DNA of 50,773 nucleotides, filler included, from Perkinsus olseni (lineage: Eukaryota), in assembly GCA_013115125.1 (NCBI GenBank). It is 2 parts of 2 records of this genome, joined end to end, with 100 filler letters (N's around TTAATTAATTAA, not from the genome) between each part and the next. Parts side by side here need not be neighbours in the genome. Positions count along the whole stretch, not along the records: positions 25,511 to 50,773 come from JABANN010000498.1; 1 more part is not named here. One strand, written 5' to 3'. Of the stretch, positions 48,071 through 50,773 are shown in pieces. The first letter of the stretch is position 1. Every line of letters starts with the position of its first letter. The notes beneath the pieces were generated by a model. The model saw only the letters and a list, made by a program, of their open reading frames with translations, ran no database searches and was not told where the DNA came from. Position numbers and translations under genes: made by a program.

Positions 48071-48092
48071 CCCCAATGATTGGGGCCCAATC
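48071..48092. repeat. 22-bp 7+8+7 scar (target CCCCAATC, perfect)
   Basis: CCCCAAT-GATTGGGG-CCCAATC. Confidence 0.9.
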
Positions 48093-48121
48093 TGAGATTG
48101 ACAATCTCCCATAGGTTTTTC

Positions 48122-48187
48122 GCACATATTATATGTGCAAAGTGTGTCCCGTTAAATATGTGACAAATATAACGGGACACACTTTGC
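48122..48187. repeat. Double palindrome; long scar (target about CACATATA)
   Basis: GCACATAT-T-ATATGTGC overlaps a 51-bp palindrome GCAAAGTGTGTCCCGTTA...TAACGGGACACACTTTGC. Confidence 0.8.
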
Positions 48188-48714
48188 GAGTGGATGGGGT
48201 CGCAATCAAATGCTAACAGAATGATGGACGCACATGAGAATCAAGCGACTGCTATTATAGCATATCGGGGCCCGATATGCACAACAGGGAGTTGCTACGG
48301 TCATAGGGAGGCCGATAGTGAGTCACTATTAGTCACTGTCGAGTCAACAAAATGAGTGAATGAGTGACCCCCCTTGGGAAGGCCAAGCAACGTCGATGAG
48401 TCATCGACGATGACGACGTTATGGTTGAGCGGATGAAAGCTGAGTTACATATCTAATCACCCAGATTCAAAACCATGAACATCCATGTGTAGAAGTTCTA
48501 TAGTGGCGTTTGCTGAGGGGCGCGCCAGGATCGATAAATTCAGGGGAATGATAGATAGCTGGGGTTTTACGGAGCATGAAGTCGGGCAAAGTAGTGAGCA
48601 ACAATCGACCATAAAGCAACAACTTGAGATAGTTAGGGACTACGTCATAGTTCGTATGGTGTCAACCTTATCCGACAGTTTGCAAAGGGCACTGCGGAGT
48701 TCTAGACAGAGGGA

Positions 48715-49002
48715 ATGTATAAGAGCGGTAGTTTCGCGCAGGAACAATGGGCATTCCTTCAATTACTCTCCGGTCACTCTACCTTATCGCGAGGATACAC
48801 ATATAGATCCGGCTACTGTGCGGGCGCTTATGATGAGAATTGCTCCTATTGCAATGTTAGAGAAACCAATGAACAGCTGCTGCTCAAGTGTACTAGACCA
48901 GATCGGTTAAGTTTGCGTCCGAATTATGTGAACGGAAGCGGCACTCTTGGGCAAATAGCAATCTGTGTGAACCGATGTACTGCTATGGCAGACACTCTGT
49001 GA
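48715..49002 (+). mobile_element. Non-LTR retrotransposon C-terminal zinc-knuckle (zf-RVT-like) remnant
   Basis: FLQLLSGHSTLSRGYTYR...CSYCNVRETNEQLLLKC matches the LxGH...CxxC..ETxxHxxxxC pattern with H replaced by Q. Confidence 0.65.
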
Positions 49003-49193
49003 AAGGCTAACCTTGAAATGTACGACAGATGCGTAATACGGGGGGGGGGGTTATATTAGATTCAGGTGCCCGTAAGAATGTCAGCTTTCGGTTAGAGGGA
49101 GTCTAAGCCAGGGTATGGACGTTTTGGGTCTCGGTGATGATGCTTGTGGTCGACAGACTGTGCGATGCGCTAGTGTTTCGTGGTCGTGCACAG

Positions 49194-49215
49194 CCCCCGC
49201 TGCGGGGGCCCCGCA
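49194..49215. repeat. 22-bp 7+8+7 scar (target CCCCCGCA, perfect)
   Basis: CCCCCGC-TGCGGGGG-CCCCGCA. Confidence 0.85.
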
Positions 49216-49419
49216 GCTGTGAGAAGCGGATTCTGCCGGGAGGAAAGAACATTCCCCAGCTGACGATGACCTCGCTCTGAGAGCAACGTTTTTTGGCTTG
49301 ATGAACAGGGCCTATTTAACAGGCTGAACTAATCCCCCTCTGAAAGGTACGTCGGCGTTAGTCAAACTAAGCCATACTGTCGGCGTTGGACTTCAAACTC
49401 ACACACACGGCCCGGTGGA

Positions 49420-50603
49420 ACCCGAAGGTGCTGCGGTTGTAGCCCATCTACGGCATCTTCAACATGACAGCTCTATCAGTAATACCACTGTCGTTGCAAG
49501 ATCAGTCACTAGGCGGCGCTCTCATGAAACGACTCGAAATGCACGTATCCGCCGTGGTGAAGTTAGCGATCATATTCCACAGTTCTTTACCTTCGCATGC
49601 CAAAACCCGACTCGAACACAAGACAGCACAGGATTGGGCTACAATCTAGACTCAGCGGCTCGATAAGACAGATATACAGCAATATCCATATACAACCGCC
49701 GCCGACCAAACACGACAGGGAACTATGCCGATATACATAAATGAATCGGACGCTGAACCTGCCCCTCAGAGAGACTAAAGGGGAAAAAATTGGTATGCTA
49801 CCGCACACGCGCAACAGTTACCGGTCAGGGCATCACAGCTTGCTTGGACGAAAGTTCAGATCGCGCACGAGGGTCTTGCAATGGGCTGACACTTGCCGCT
49901 AGCTGAGACCGGCGGAGCTGTGTGCCAACGTGAGGTAACGATTCCGGCTCGAACTGTACCTCCAAGCACGTGTGCTTCCCAAGTATGTATTTCAGATTAT
50001 CTCAAACTTACATCATTTACCATCGATCGTCGTTGACTTTTTTGCCTCAATATCGTGGTGTTGCCTCCGCCGCCCGGCCCTTATCATTTTGGTTATCACT
50101 CTGGACTGTCTATGAACACGAGTGAACTCGTGACGAGTACGTCTGCACTCCTGCGACTGGTCAGCGGTGGTATCACAGTTGTTGATTGATCAGCTCGTTT
50201 CTGCTAACGTGCCCTCCCGCTCCCTGAGTTCGAAATCGCTGAGTCGAGCGTAGTGTATACTCATACCGTATGAGTCATACGGAAGTTGGCCGAGTTAGTC
50301 TACCATCGAGTAAGACCGCCGTCCCATGGAGACCCTCCTCGCTGCCCTCTCAGCCTACCACGGTATTTGACAAACTGTTGCCGAACCCCTTCGCCGCCCG
50401 CTCCACTCGGACTTGGGAGAACACTAGACACATTGGACATAGAGGTAAATGATAACAAAGACTATACGAGGCCCAGAAAGACTTATGAGGGCTCAATTAA
50501 GGAGGCGGACGAAACTCAGCCGTTTCATAACCGCAACCGTTTCAATGCACTCGCCTGCGCACGCCGGGCACTTAGAACATCGGAGCGACAAAGAGCCTAT
50601 TAG
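49420..50603 (+). mobile_element. Highly decayed Penelope-like reverse transcriptase remnant
   Basis: Motif relics in the expected order: IYSNI (~49675), EGLAMG* (~49870), LDTLDIEV (~50425), ARRALRTS (~50560). Many stops and frameshifts. Confidence 0.45.
50260..50281. repeat. 22-bp 7+8+7 scar (target CTCATACG, perfect)
   Basis: CTCATAC-CGTATGAG-TCATACG. Confidence 0.9.
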
Positions 50604-50773
50604 GCATCATCTCGGCCTCCCAGCTCCGATGTCCTTCGCAGACGGTGTAGCGACACAGTCGGCCTTGGTGACATTGGCGTGGCTCACAATACTCTCGCGG
50701 CCAGTCTTGACATTCCGGACGCGAAATCTTCTCACCATCTCATCCTTACCGGGCAACAACTCCAAGACGCGAG

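Noticed and set aside
49240-49300. CTGACGA near the Penelope remnant as a hammerhead ribozyme core (similarly CTGATGA at ~11394)
   Set aside because: I could not build stems I-III with a correctly placed GAAA.
17181-50282. Recurrent TGA(G/C)TCA and GACGAGTCGTC palindromes as AP-1/GCN4-like binding sites
   Set aside because: The arms differ between sites and most resolve into the 7+8+7 scar geometry. The shared core probably reflects target-site preference.

Overview
Eukaryotic, intron-rich genomic DNA, most likely from the alveolate parasite genus Perkinsus. The basis is a Perkinsus/dinoflagellate-type spliced-leader (SL) RNA gene at the left edge and many short GT-AG introns. Recognisable genes: cyclin B, a prolyl 4-hydroxylase-like dioxygenase, ornithine aminotransferase, a DUF2817-like pseudogene, three tandem signal-peptide-bearing GNAT acetyltransferases, a decaying tRNA-Val/tRNA-Pro tandem, a long helical-repeat protein, several lineage-specific secreted proteins and a BT1 folate/biopterin transporter inside a ~2 kb segmental duplication. 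There are also hAT-like MITEs, LINE and Penelope debris, and an assembly gap at 25411-25510. The most striking unexplained signal is a stereotyped 22-bp scar built from an 8-mer T: [T bases 1-7][reverse complement of T][T bases 2-8]. I found 10 perfect and 4 one-mismatch copies, each with a different 8-mer and none in an intact exon, plus long-palindrome variants. A paralog comparison shows the scar is a +14-bp insertion at a single 8-bp site. This geometry fits hAT transposon excision through flank hairpins, repaired by annealing of the opened hairpins. All calls were made by eye without tools, so exon limits are approximate.
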